Positions 17,923 through 26,970 are shown, counted from the first letter of the stretch. The stretch: DNA of 30,486 nucleotides from an uncultured Janthinobacterium sp. (GCA_964658025.1 CAZZXB010000017.1:1-30486); one strand, 5' to 3'. Notes: generated by a model from the letters alone, not told the origin. Program-made: numbers and translations.

Positions 17923-19338
17923 CTACTTCGCGGAGTGCCGCAAGAAATTTTCGGCGGCTGCGAACTGCTTGTCGTGGACGGTTCCGATGATCGGGAGATC
18001 GGCGGGCTGATCGACGACGATGTCGGGCTTGATGCCCTTGTGTTGGATATCCCGACCGAGCGGGGTGACGTAGCGCGCCGTCGTGATCTTGAGCGCGCCG
18101 CCGTCGAGCGTGTTGTAGATGCTCTGGACGACACCCTTACCGAAGGTTTTGGTGCCGATGAGCGTACCCACTTTGTAATCCTGTACCGCGCCGGCCGTGA
18201 TCTCCGAGGCGCTCGCGGTGTACTTATTGACGAGGATGACGAGCGGCGTCGCCCCCACGAAGGCGTTACTCGACGTGTCGACCGACTTCACGTCGCGCAC
18301 GCCGGCGCGATCGATCGTCGAGACGACGGTCCCCGAGTCGATGAAGAGGCTCGAGATGCTCACCGCGGCGTCGAGATAGCCGCCGCCGTTATCGCGCAGG
18401 TCGAGGATGTAGCCTTTGACGCCGTGGGCCTTGCCGTCGAGCATGGCCTTGCGGACCTCGTCGTACGACGTCGATCCGAAATCGGCGAGCCGAACGTATT
18501 CGAAACCGTCCTTGCGTTCCGCATGGACGGACGGCACGACGATCTTCCGCCGCTCGATCGCGAGCGCGTGATCGGTCGTCGCACGCATCGAGCGCACGAC
18601 CACGTGGACCGTCGTGCCGACCTCGCCGCGCAGGAGCCCTTCGACGTCGTCGAGTTTGAGCGGTGCGACGGGATGGCCCTCGACCGAGACGATCCGGTCG
18701 CCCGGACGCATCCCGGCACTCGCCGCCGGCATCCCCTCGATCGGCAGGACGACGATCGCGCGCGACCGCGGATCCTGCGAGATGTAGACGCCGATGCCGC
18801 CGAAATTCCCGCCCTTGAGCGACTCCTCGAGCGCGTCGATCTCGTGCGGCGAGAGATACGTCGTATAGGGATCGCCGAGCGACGAGAGCATCCCGCGCAT
18901 CGCGGCTTGCGTGAGTTCGGTCCGCGTCGCGGCCGAACCGTAGCGTTGTTGTGCGATCGCGAGATCGGAGTTGAGCGCGGCCAGGTCGTGGCTCTCGTCG
19001 CCGGTCGCGACGATCGCGGGGATCGACGGCGAGGCGACCTTTTTCTTCTTGAGGATCGCGAGCAATTCGCGACGCTCGCCCGTCATGAGCGTTTGCGCGT
19101 CGACGGGCTTGTAGTACGCCTTCTCGACCTGGCGGAAGGCGCTGTCGACCATCGCCTGGTCGCCGCCGTGTCCGCTCGAGAGGATGGTGTGGAGATCGAC
19201 CGAGGCGAACGGCGAATTATCGGAGAGCGTCAGGATCGGATGGTTCGCGCGATCGCGCGCGAAAAAGGCGGCGCCGCCGAGCGACGCGCCGGCGAGCACG
19301 AAGGCGGCGATGAGGACTCGAAGCGTCTTAGACAACAT
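17923..19338 (-). CDS. S41 C-terminal processing peptidase (CtpA/Prc type), copy 1
   Basis: N-terminal hydrophobic anchor; DPYTTYL, FGGIGV, PDZ, LDLRDNGGG, TASASE, TFGKG, ARYVTPLG. Confidence 0.92.
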   Translation of the reverse strand: MLSKTLRVLIAAFVLAGASLGGAAFFARDRANHPILTLSDNSPFASVDLHTILSSGHGGDQAMVDSAFRQVEKAYYKPVDAQTLMTGERRELLAILKKKKVASPSIPAIVATGDESHDLAALNSDLAIAQQRYGSAATRTELTQAAMRGMLSSLGDPYTTYLSPHEIDALEESLKGGNFGGIGVYISQDPRSRAIVVLPIEGMPAASAGMRPGDRIVSVEGHPVAPLKLDDVEGLLRGEVGTTVHVVVRSMRATTDHALAIERRKIVVPSVHAERKDGFEYVRLADFGSTSYDEVRKAMLDGKAHGVKGYILDLRDNGGGYLDAAVSISSLFIDSGTVVSTIDRAGVRDVKSVDTSSNAFVGATPLVILVNKYTASASEITAGAVQDYKVGTLIGTKTFGKGVVQSIYNTLDGGALKITTARYVTPLGRDIQHKGIKPDIVVDQPADLPIIGTVHDKQFAAAENFLRHSAK

Positions 19339-19369
19339 CCGTTCGTTTCGGCGGCGTGAGAAGCGGGCG

Positions 19370-19553
19370 GTAGTCGTTGGACGTCGGGCAGGCGCATTCC
19401 GGTTGCACGAGTCTCCGTACGCGCCCGCGGCTCGCGCGGTTTCTCGGAATCGGCGGTTCTAACCCGATTCTTCGGATCGGCGACCTTCCCGAAGCGCGTC
19501 GCCCGCCGGGTCCCGCATGGCGGATGCCGGAAGCCGCACGCTCGCGACGACCC
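19370..19553. ncRNA. Candidate structured ncRNA of 6S RNA-like size and rod shape; strand unresolved
   Basis: ~184-nt intergenic block whose ends pair: GTCGTTG 19373-79 with CGACGAC 19545-51, and TTCCGG with CCGGAA. Internal hairpins GAATCGG/CCGATTC (19447-70) and GGCGAC/GTCGCC (19479-503). Confidence 0.45.
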
Positions 19554-19554
19554 G

Positions 19555-20781
19555 TTATCGGAGGCGCGACGTCGGCTCGACCGGCACGCCGTTCTCGCGG
19601 ATTTCGAAGTGCAGGTGCGGGCCCGTCGACTCGCCCGTCGAGCCGACCGCGCCGATCGCCTGTCCGCGCTCGACCGCCTGGCCCTGCGAGACGAAGACCT
19701 GCGAGCAATGGCCGTAGAGCGACGAGGTGCGGCCGCCGTGATCGATGATGATCGCGTTGCCGTAGCCGCCGTACCAGCCGGCGAAGATGACGTGTCCGCT
19801 CGCGGCCGCCGTGATCGTGGATCCCATCGGGGCCCCGATGTCGACGCCCGAGTGCATCTTGAATCCGTGCCCGAACGGATCGGCGCGCATCCCGAACGGC
19901 GACGTGATCGGTCCCGAGGCCGGCCACGAGAACGTTCCGGGCGCGCCGACGGGAGCTTCGACCGGAACCGCTTGCCCCGAGAGTTGGGCCGCCCGCCGAC
20001 GTTCGGCGGCTTCCGCGGCGGCGCGCGCCTCCTCCGCCTTCTGGCGCTCGCGAATGAGTTGCTCGAGCGCCGCCTCTTGCGCGGCCGAGAGATTCTCGAG
20101 CTCGGCGACTTGGGTCGCGGCGCTGCGGCGCGCGAGATCCGCGGCGCGGACGAGTTGCGCGCGTTGATCGGCGAGCGACGCGAGTTGACGCTTCGTGTCC
20201 TCTTCTCGAACGCGGACGTCGCGCATCGCGAGCTCGCGCCGTTCGAGATCCGTGCGTGCGGAAGCGACCGCGCGCTCGGCCGAACGTCGCTCGCGGACGG
20301 TCCGTTCGTTCGCGACGATCAGGTAGCGGATATCTTCCCAGCGTTCCACGAAATCGCTGAACGACGTCGACGAGAGGATCACGTTGACGTACCCGAGATC
20401 GCCGCGCTCGTACGCGTCGACGAGTCGACGACGCAGCGCGTCGTTGTGCCGCGCGAGGGTCGCCTCGGCGGCATCGAGCGCGACGCGATTGCGCGCGAGC
20501 GAGCGTTCGTTTCGCACGATCTGCAGGTCGATGTCGCCGAGTCGGCGCGACGCGCTCGCGATGCTCGCGCTCGTCTCGTCGGCCTGGCGCCGCAGGTCGC
20601 GAAAGCGGACGCTCTGGAACTGCAAGAGCCCGCGCCGCGATTCGAGTTGCTTGCGCGTCGATTCGATTTCGTGTTGTTTGGACTGGATGCTGTCGCCCGC
20701 CAGGATCGGGCGGACCGTCGCCGCCGCGACGACGATCGCGAGCGCGGCGATGCGCGAGATCGTCCGCAAGCGCGCTCTCAC
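19555..20781 (-). CDS. Coiled-coil plus M23 peptidoglycan endopeptidase (FtsEX-associated)
   Basis: Signal peptide, PcsB/CwlO-like coiled coil (YVNVILSSTSFSDFVER), M23 motifs HSGVDIG, GYGN, YGH, STGPHLHFEI. GTG 20781 overlaps the ftsX stop; alternative start 20811. Confidence 0.9.
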   Translation of the reverse strand: MRARLRTISRIAALAIVVAAATVRPILAGDSIQSKQHEIESTRKQLESRRGLLQFQSVRFRDLRRQADETSASIASASRRLGDIDLQIVRNERSLARNRVALDAAEATLARHNDALRRRLVDAYERGDLGYVNVILSSTSFSDFVERWEDIRYLIVANERTVRERRSAERAVASARTDLERRELAMRDVRVREEDTKRQLASLADQRAQLVRAADLARRSAATQVAELENLSAAQEAALEQLIRERQKAEEARAAAEAAERRRAAQLSGQAVPVEAPVGAPGTFSWPASGPITSPFGMRADPFGHGFKMHSGVDIGAPMGSTITAAASGHVIFAGWYGGYGNAIIIDHGGRTSSLYGHCSQVFVSQGQAVERGQAIGAVGSTGESTGPHLHFEIRENGVPVEPTSRLR

Positions 20782-21659
20782 GCGCGCAGGTAACGACCGA
20801 CGGAGATCCACGCGGCGACGAAGCCGACGGCCGCGCCCGTGCCGAGCAACTCGAGCGCCAACGTCGCGTCGTTCCCCGTCGCCGCGTGGATCGGCAAGAA
20901 CGGTAAGGCGAGGAAGAGCTTGGGAAGGAGCTGCGCGCGCGCGATCGCGAGCGCGACGACGGCGACGAGCGCGCCCGCGATGCCCGCGATCGCGCCCTCG
21001 AGGATGAACGGCGCCCGGATGTAGGTTCCCGACGCGCCGACGAGTTGCATGATCGCGATCTCGCGACGTCGCGCGAAGACGGTGAGTCGGATCGTATTGG
21101 AGATGATGATCGCCGCCGTGAGCACGAGCAGGATCACGATGCCGAGTCCGATCCGTCCGAACACGCTCGAGAGCGCGAGCAACTTCTGCACGGCGTCCTG
21201 CGCGTACGTCACGTTCGCGACGTTCGGAAGTCTCGCGATCGTCGCCGCGACCCGGCGCACGGTCGCGGCGTCGCGGACGCGCACGCGGACGGCGTCGGGG
21301 AGCGGGTTGCTCGTCAGGAGCGACGTGTCGATCTGGCCGCGCAAGCGCTCCCGCATCTGCCGCAGACCCTCCGAGCGCGGAACGTAGGTCGCGCTCTCGA
21401 CGCGCGGATCGCTCGCGATCTTCGCGACCGTCGCGCGGGCGTTCGCCTCGCTCGCCGTGTCCTTGAGGAAGACGCTGATCTCGATCTTGCGCAACACGTC
21501 GTCGCCGATCTTGCCGAGCGTGTCGCGCGTGAAGAGGAAGCTGCCGAGGAGCACGATCGTGACGGCGACGGTTCCGATCGCCGTGAGTTGCATGACGAGG
21601 TTGCGCGTGAAGTTGCGCCCGACCTCACTCAGGAAGAAGCGGACTCGTCCCGGATCCAA
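20778..21659 (-). CDS. ftsX: Cell division permease FtsX
   Basis: SD GGAGGAG then TTG; NPLPDA, ISNTIRLTVFARRREIAIMQLVGAS…IRAPFILEG. Confidence 0.95.
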   Translation of the reverse strand: MDPGRVRFFLSEVGRNFTRNLVMQLTAIGTVAVTIVLLGSFLFTRDTLGKIGDDVLRKIEISVFLKDTASEANARATVAKIASDPRVESATYVPRSEGLRQMRERLRGQIDTSLLTSNPLPDAVRVRVRDAATVRRVAATIARLPNVANVTYAQDAVQKLLALSSVFGRIGLGIVILLVLTAAIIISNTIRLTVFARRREIAIMQLVGASGTYIRAPFILEGAIAGIAGALVAVVALAIARAQLLPKLFLALPFLPIHAATGNDATLALELLGTGAAVGFVAAWISVGRYLRA

Positions 21660-22398
21660 CGATACTCCTCCGTAAGAGCGGAACGTCGCTCGCGGCGACG
21701 CCCGTCGTGCCGTTCGCGACGGCGTTGTAGTAGCCGCGCTCCTCGTCGGCGACGATGCGGCCGTCCTCGAGACGGATCACGCGGCGGCGCATGCGGTCGA
21801 CGACGAGCGCGTTGTGCGTCGCGATGAGGACGGTCGTGCCTTTGAGATTGATCCGGTGCAACAGTTCCATGATCTCGTTCGTGTTCGCCGGGTCGAGATT
21901 ACCCGTCGGTTCGTCGCAGAGCAAGATCTTGGGATTGTTGACGAGCGCGCGCGCGATCGCCGCGCGCTGCTGTTCGCCGCCGGAGAGCTCGCTCGGAAAC
22001 ATCCGCGCCTTGCTCGCGAGCCCGACGAGATCGAGGACGCGCGGCACCTGTCGCATCACGTCGCGCGTCCGCGCGCCCGTCACGAGCAACGCGAACGCGA
22101 CGTTCTCCCAAACCGTCTTGTCGGACAACAACTTGAAGTCTTGGAACACGACGCCGACGCTGCGGCGCAACTGCGCGACCTTCGAGCGCTTGAGACGGTC
22201 GACGCGCGTCCCGTCGACCGTCACGTCGCCGCGCGTCGGACGCGCTTCGCGGTAGAGCAGGCGCAAGAGACTCGATTTGCCCGTTCCCGAGTGGCCGACG
22301 AGAAAGACGAAGCTTCCCTTGGCGATCTCGAGATCGATGCCGTCGAGCGCGCGCGTGCCGTTGGGATAGACGAGCGATACGCCGCGTAGGGAGATCAC
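21625..22398 (-). CDS. ftsE: Cell division ATP-binding protein FtsE
   Basis: GTG 22398 (VISLRGVSLVY); GHSGTGKS, VVFQDFKLL, LSGGEQQRAAIARA, LCDEPTGNLDP; directly upstream of ftsX. Confidence 0.95.
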   Translation of the reverse strand: MISLRGVSLVYPNGTRALDGIDLEIAKGSFVFLVGHSGTGKSSLLRLLYREARPTRGDVTVDGTRVDRLKRSKVAQLRRSVGVVFQDFKLLSDKTVWENVAFALLVTGARTRDVMRQVPRVLDLVGLASKARMFPSELSGGEQQRAAIARALVNNPKILLCDEPTGNLDPANTNEIMELLHRINLKGTTVLIATHNALVVDRMRRRVIRLEDGRIVADEERGYYNAVANGTTGVAASDVPLLRRSIVGSGTSPLLPE

Positions 22399-22464
22399 GC
22401 GGCACGCCCGAGCGTTACCATTACAGGTGTTTTTCGTCGTATGCGAGGACGGACACCTTTGACG

Positions 22465-23613
22465 ATGGATTTCGACCTCTCGGACGATCAACGCGCGATC
22501 CAGACACTCTGTCGCGAATTCGCGCGCGACGAAGTCCGCCCGCGGGCCGAGGAGATGGACGCGAAAGCGGAGTTCCCTTACGATCTCGTCCGCCAGATGG
22601 CGGGTCTGGGATTGCTGGGCCTGCCGTTTCCGGAGCACTACGGCGGTGCGGGCGCCGATACGATCAGCTACGCCCTCGCCGTCATGGAGATCGCTCGCGC
22701 CGACGCGTCGACCGCGATCACGCTCGCCGCGCACGTGTCGCTCGGCGCGACGCCCTTCTATCTCTTCGGAACCGAGGAGCAAAAGGAACGTTATCTCGTC
22801 CCGCTCGCGCGCGGCGAGATGCTCTGGGGTTTCGGCCTAACCGAACCGCAAGCCGGGAGCGATGCGGGCGGAACGCGCACGCGCGCCGAGCTCCGCGACG
22901 GTTCCTGGATCGTCAACGGCACGAAGGCGTTCATCACGAACGCCGGGACCGACATCACGGGTGGAACGACGATCACGGCCGTGACGGGTTCGGACGGGCG
23001 CGGGGTCTCGGAGATCTCGAACATCGTCGTGCCGCAGGGGACGCCCGGATTCGCGCGCGCCAAAAAATATCGCAAGATGGGGTGGCGCGCCTCCGATACG
23101 CGCGAGCTCTCGTTCGACGACGCGGTGGTCCCGCAAGAGAATCTGCTCGGCACGCGCGGTCGCGGACTCCAACAGTTCCTGCGCGTCCTCGACGGCGGTC
23201 GCATCTCCGTCGCCGCGCTCTCGGTCGGGCTCGCGATGGGCGCGTACGACGAAGCCTTCGGCTACGCCAAAGAACGACGCCAATTCGGCAAACCGATCTC
23301 GAAGTTCCAAGCGATCCAGTTCAAGCTCGCCGACATGGCGACCGAGATCGAACACGCGAAGTTGATGGTATTGAAGGCCGCTTGGGAGAAGGACGCCGGA
23401 CGCCCGTTCGAGATGAGCGCGAGCCTCGCGAAATTGTTTTCGGGCGAGATCTCGCGTCGCGTCGTCAACGAGGCGTTGCAGGTTCACGGAGGGTACGGCT
23501 TTATGGACGAATATCCGATCTCGCGGATGTATCGCGATCAGCGGATCAACGAAATCGGCGAGGGCACGAACGAAGTGCAGCGCCTCGTCATCGCGCGGAT
23601 GCTCGGCCTGTGA
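22465..23613 (+). CDS. Acyl-CoA dehydrogenase
   Basis: FPEHYGG, FGLTEPQAGSDA, NGTKAFIT, KMGWRAS, RRQFGKPISKFQAIQFKLADM, QVHGGYG, IGEGTNEVQR. Confidence 0.95.
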   Translation: MDFDLSDDQRAIQTLCREFARDEVRPRAEEMDAKAEFPYDLVRQMAGLGLLGLPFPEHYGGAGADTISYALAVMEIARADASTAITLAAHVSLGATPFYLFGTEEQKERYLVPLARGEMLWGFGLTEPQAGSDAGGTRTRAELRDGSWIVNGTKAFITNAGTDITGGTTITAVTGSDGRGVSEISNIVVPQGTPGFARAKKYRKMGWRASDTRELSFDDAVVPQENLLGTRGRGLQQFLRVLDGGRISVAALSVGLAMGAYDEAFGYAKERRQFGKPISKFQAIQFKLADMATEIEHAKLMVLKAAWEKDAGRPFEMSASLAKLFSGEISRRVVNEALQVHGGYGFMDEYPISRMYRDQRINEIGEGTNEVQRLVIARMLGL

Positions 23614-24152
23614 TCGCGTCGCGCGTCTCCGTCCTCGCGCTGATCCTCGGCGCGCTCGTCGCGACGCCGGCGTGCGCGGAACTCCACAAGGGCGACGCCG
23701 CACCCGCCTTCACGACGCAGGCCTCGCTCGGCGGTAAGGTCTTCTCGTTCGACCTCAAAAAGGCGCTCGCGAAGGGGCCCGTCGTCCTCTACTTCTATCC
23801 GGCCGCGTTCACGTCGGGATGCACGATCGAAGCGCACGATTTCGCCTCGCACATCGACGATTACGCGAAGCGCGACGCGACGGTGATCGGCGTGTCGGGC
23901 GACGGTATCGAGAAACTCAACAAGTTCAGCGTTTCGGCGTGCCGCAGTAAGTTCGCGGTCGCCTCCGATGAGGATCACGCGATCTCGAAATCGTACGACG
24001 CCTTGCTCGGCGACGGGCCGGTCGCGTTTTCGGACCGCACGTCGTACGTGATCGCGCCCGACGGCAAGATCGCGTATTCGTACCGTTCGCTCGATCCCGC
24101 GGACCACGTGAAGAACACGCTCGCCGCGCTCGACGCCCTTCCGAAAAAATGA
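23610..24152 (+). CDS. Signal-peptide-bearing peroxiredoxin (BCP/PrxQ-like)
   Basis: GTG overlapping the upstream TGA; signal peptide; VVLYFYPAAFTSGCTIEA (PxxxTxxC), IGVSGD, RTSYVIAPDGKI. Confidence 0.9.
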   Translation: MIASRVSVLALILGALVATPACAELHKGDAAPAFTTQASLGGKVFSFDLKKALAKGPVVLYFYPAAFTSGCTIEAHDFASHIDDYAKRDATVIGVSGDGIEKLNKFSVSACRSKFAVASDEDHAISKSYDALLGDGPVAFSDRTSYVIAPDGKIAYSYRSLDPADHVKNTLAALDALPKK

Positions 24153-24541
24153 GCGAACCCGAGCGCATGTGGCGGACGGCCGATCTCTCACCCGAAAAGA
24201 TCGACGCGCTCCCCTTCGGCGCGATCGTCGTCGATAGCGACGGGACGATACTCGGATACAACGAGTACGAGACGCGCCTCTCGCATCTCGAACGCGAGCG
24301 CGTGATCGGGAAGAACTTCTTCCGCGACGTGGCGCCCTGCACGGCGGTGGTGGAGTTCGAAGGCCGGATGCGCGCGTTCCTCAAAACGCGCGATCGCGTG
24401 AGCGAGAGTTTCGATTACTTCTTTCCGTTCGCGCACGGAACCGCGACGGTCGAGATCACGTTCCTGCGCCTCCCCGAACCCGGCAACGTGCTCATCGCGG
24501 TCGAACGCACGGATTCGTCGGGCGTCTCGCTCGCCGACTAA
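24149..24541 (+). CDS. pyp: Photoactive yellow protein homologue (single PAS domain)
   Basis: IDALPFGAIVVDSDGTILGYNEYE…VIGKNFFRDVAPCT matches the PYP signature, with Tyr42, Glu46 and Cys69 equivalents conserved; ATGA overlap with the peroxiredoxin gene. Confidence 0.75.
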   Translation: MSEPERMWRTADLSPEKIDALPFGAIVVDSDGTILGYNEYETRLSHLERERVIGKNFFRDVAPCTAVVEFEGRMRAFLKTRDRVSESFDYFFPFAHGTATVEITFLRLPEPGNVLIAVERTDSSGVSLAD

Positions 24542-24573
24542 CGCTCGCGCGCGAGCTGGCCCGCGCGTCGGCG

Positions 24574-25470
24574 TCACGCGAGATGGCGTGCGAACCACGC
24601 GAGCGTTCGCGTCCACGCGTCGTCCGCCGCGGAGGCGACGTACGAATCGCGCGTGTCGTCGAAAAACGCGTGTCCCGCTTCCGGATAGATCTTGACGTCG
24701 TGCGGCTTCTTCTCCGCGGCGAGCCGCGTATCGAGCGCCCGGACGTCGGCAGCGAGGATGCTCGTATCGCGTTCGCCCCAGCTTCCCAGTAACGGAACCG
24801 CGATCTCGTCCGCGTAGGCGAGCGCGATCGGCGTGATCGGACCTTCGTTGCCGTTCGTTCCGTAACGCACTTTGCCGTAGAAGACGGCCGCCGCGGCGAA
24901 GGCGGGCGCGTCGACCGTCTGCCGGAGCGCGATGCCGCCGCCCATGCAGAATCCGGTCACGCCGACCTTCGCCGCGGGGTTGCCGAGCGACGCGCGCACG
25001 TACGCGAGCGCCGCGGCGATATCGGCGTCGACCGTCGCGTCGACGAGTTTGGCGGCCACGTCGCGGTAGGGCTTGAAATCGCTCGCCCCGTCGCCGCTCG
25101 GCGCGCCGAGCCCGGTGTAGAGATCGGGCGCGATCGCCGCGTATCCCGCGCGAGCGAGGCGCCGCACGGTGTCGCGCAGCTGTGCGTCGATGCCCCAGAT
25201 CGCTTGGACGACGACGACGCCCGCGCGCGCTGCGGAGGTTTTCGGGCGGGCGAAGTAACTGCCGATCGAGCGATCGCCGTACGTCAGCGCCGGTCGCGAC
25301 GCGTCGATCGACGCGTCGTCTTCCGGGACGATCGGCGGATGCGGCTTGCCGTACGCTCCCGCGGCGCCGACGGTTCCGAGCGCGCCCGCGACGCCCGCGG
25401 AGATGCGCGCGAACGTCGCGCGCGAGAAGGCGGGATTCGACGCCGCGGTCGGATCGAGGGGTTCAGACAC
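24574..25470 (-). CDS. Dienelactone hydrolase family protein
   Basis: GVTGFCMGG nucleophile elbow, APDLY, GERD, YPEAGHAF, AADDAWTRTLAWF. GTG 25470 follows GGA. Confidence 0.9.
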   Translation of the reverse strand: MSEPLDPTAASNPAFSRATFARISAGVAGALGTVGAAGAYGKPHPPIVPEDDASIDASRPALTYGDRSIGSYFARPKTSAARAGVVVVQAIWGIDAQLRDTVRRLARAGYAAIAPDLYTGLGAPSGDGASDFKPYRDVAAKLVDATVDADIAAALAYVRASLGNPAAKVGVTGFCMGGGIALRQTVDAPAFAAAAVFYGKVRYGTNGNEGPITPIALAYADEIAVPLLGSWGERDTSILAADVRALDTRLAAEKKPHDVKIYPEAGHAFFDDTRDSYVASAADDAWTRTLAWFARHLA

Positions 25471-25638
25471 GTTCGTGTTCCATCTGCGGGACCGCGCGAC
25501 GGTCGCTCGGCGTATCTCCGCCGTCGTTGCGTCGCGCATCGCCGCCTCGCGTGGCTTTTGCGATCCCGCGCGTTTCGCCCCTTGCGGCGAGGAAAATCCG
25601 GCCGTCGCTCCGCGAGCCGCGGCCCGCGGACGGAAGCG

Positions 25639-26061
25639 CTAGCGGTAGAGCGTGCCGCAGGAGACGAGCGGCGAGCCGCGGCCCGCGCCGTGGACGTCGA
25701 CCGCGTAATTTCCCGAGAGGAGTCGATCTTCCGGGAGCGCGACGACGGTCCGGGACACGCCGTCCGCGACCGGCGCGAGCGCGAAGGTACTCGGCGCCGC
25801 GGGATCCCCGTCGCAGTCGCCGCGATGGACGTGCGCGCGCTCGCGACGTCCCGGCGGGACCGAAAAGATGCGGAGCGCGACGAGCGTCGCGCGCTCGCCG
25901 TGCGGTTCGAGCGTCACCGAACCGACCTGTCCCGAACCGTTGCGCGCCGCGAGGCCGAGCTTCGTTCCGGCGCCGGTGTCGCCCGGGGCCATCTGCGCCG
26001 ATGCGGGGACCGCGGCGGCGGCGACGAGGGCGGCGAGACCGAGCGAGAAGGTGCGGTGCAT
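25639..26061 (-). CDS. Secreted hypothetical protein, CHRD or Cu/Zn-SOD-like fold
   Basis: Signal peptide (…AAAAVPASA); NGSGQVGSVTL, AHVHRGDC, YAVDVH, VSCGTL pattern. Confidence 0.7.
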   Translation of the reverse strand: MHRTFSLGLAALVAAAAVPASAQMAPGDTGAGTKLGLAARNGSGQVGSVTLEPHGERATLVALRIFSVPPGRRERAHVHRGDCDGDPAAPSTFALAPVADGVSRTVVALPEDRLLSGNYAVDVHGAGRGSPLVSCGTLYR

Positions 26062-26137
26062 GACGGGCTCGCTCCGCGTACGGGAGCGTCCTCCCCTGCT
26101 CGGAGGAGCCTCGGCAGGGCGACGCAAGTAGTCGCCC

Positions 26138-26955
26138 ATGCTCGCGACCGTCATCGCGCTCCTCGTCGCGTCGGGCGCTCCGTCCGGAGGTCCCGCAGCG
26201 ACGCCCGTGCCGGGCGTTCTCGCGGGCGCACCCGTTTCGCTCGCCCGCGCGACGCCCGCTCCGATCGCTTCGCCCGGCGCCGGCCCCTCGCCCGGACCGG
26301 AACCCGTCGCCTCGCCGACGACGGCGCCCGTCGCGGCCACGGCGCTTCCGTCGCACCCGGCCGTCCCCGCGGACGCGCGACGCCGACCCCGGAGCCGACC
26401 GCGACTCCGACTCCGACTCCCGAACCGACGGCGACGCCGACCGCCGAGCCCACCCCGACCCCCACGCCGACCCAGACGATCCGCATCACGCCGATCCCCA
26501 CGCCGACCCCGCCGCTCCGCGGCACGAGTTTACGCGATCGCGCGGCGCTGCTCGTCTCGGGCTCGCCGTGGCGTTGCGAGACGATCGCGGGGAGTACGGA
26601 AACGCAGGTCTACAACCGGTCGGGCGACGGCGGCGCGATCGAAATGCTCGACCTCCTCACGCTGCGGAACGGGCGCTCCTACCGCTTGCGCGAGTCGTAC
26701 CGCTTCGACGCACCGAGCGGGATGTGGACCGTGTCGATCGGCGAGGGAACGTTCTCGGCGACGGCGCCTCGTTGGACGACGGACAAATGGATCTTTCGCG
26801 GCGAGCAAGTCGACAGCGGGCGGCAACAATCGGTCCGACTCGTCTTCACGTATCTCGACGACTTCGTGTTCCGTCGCGACTTTCAAGCGCTTCACGATCG
26901 CTCGTGGGCGACGTATGCGGCGGAGACGTGTTCGCGCGTGCGCGGCGACACCTAA
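26138..26955 (+). pseudogene. Frameshifted secreted Pro/Thr-rich protein (pseudogene or sequence/assembly error)
   Basis: Signal-like N-terminus and Pro/Ala linker in the 26138 frame; PT repeat and globular domain (GSPWRCET…FRRDFQ…AETCSR, stop 26955) in another frame; switch near 26372-26382. Confidence 0.7.
26378..26512 (+). repeat. Coding low-complexity (Pro-Thr)n repeat
   Basis: Imperfect ACGCCG/ACTCCG/ACCCCG hexamers encoding TPTPEPTATPTPTPEPTATPTAEPTPTPTPT. Confidence 0.8.
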
Positions 26956-26970
26956 GTTCCGGAACGGACG

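Noticed and set aside
19366..19377. ops/JUMPstart-like GGCGGTAG
   Set aside because: Lacks the downstream nnTG, is antisense to the local operon and is far from the EPS genes.
22399..22782. 128-aa N-terminal extension of FtsE
   Set aside because: Overlaps the ACAD gene on the opposite strand; FtsE homology begins at GTG 22398.
24543..24557. GC palindrome between convergent pyp and hydrolase genes as a terminator
   Set aside because: Short GC-only stem without a U-tract; expected by chance.
26378..26512. Possible CRISPR or intergenic tandem array
   Set aside because: Degenerate hexamers encoding Pro-Thr; no spacers and no cas genes.
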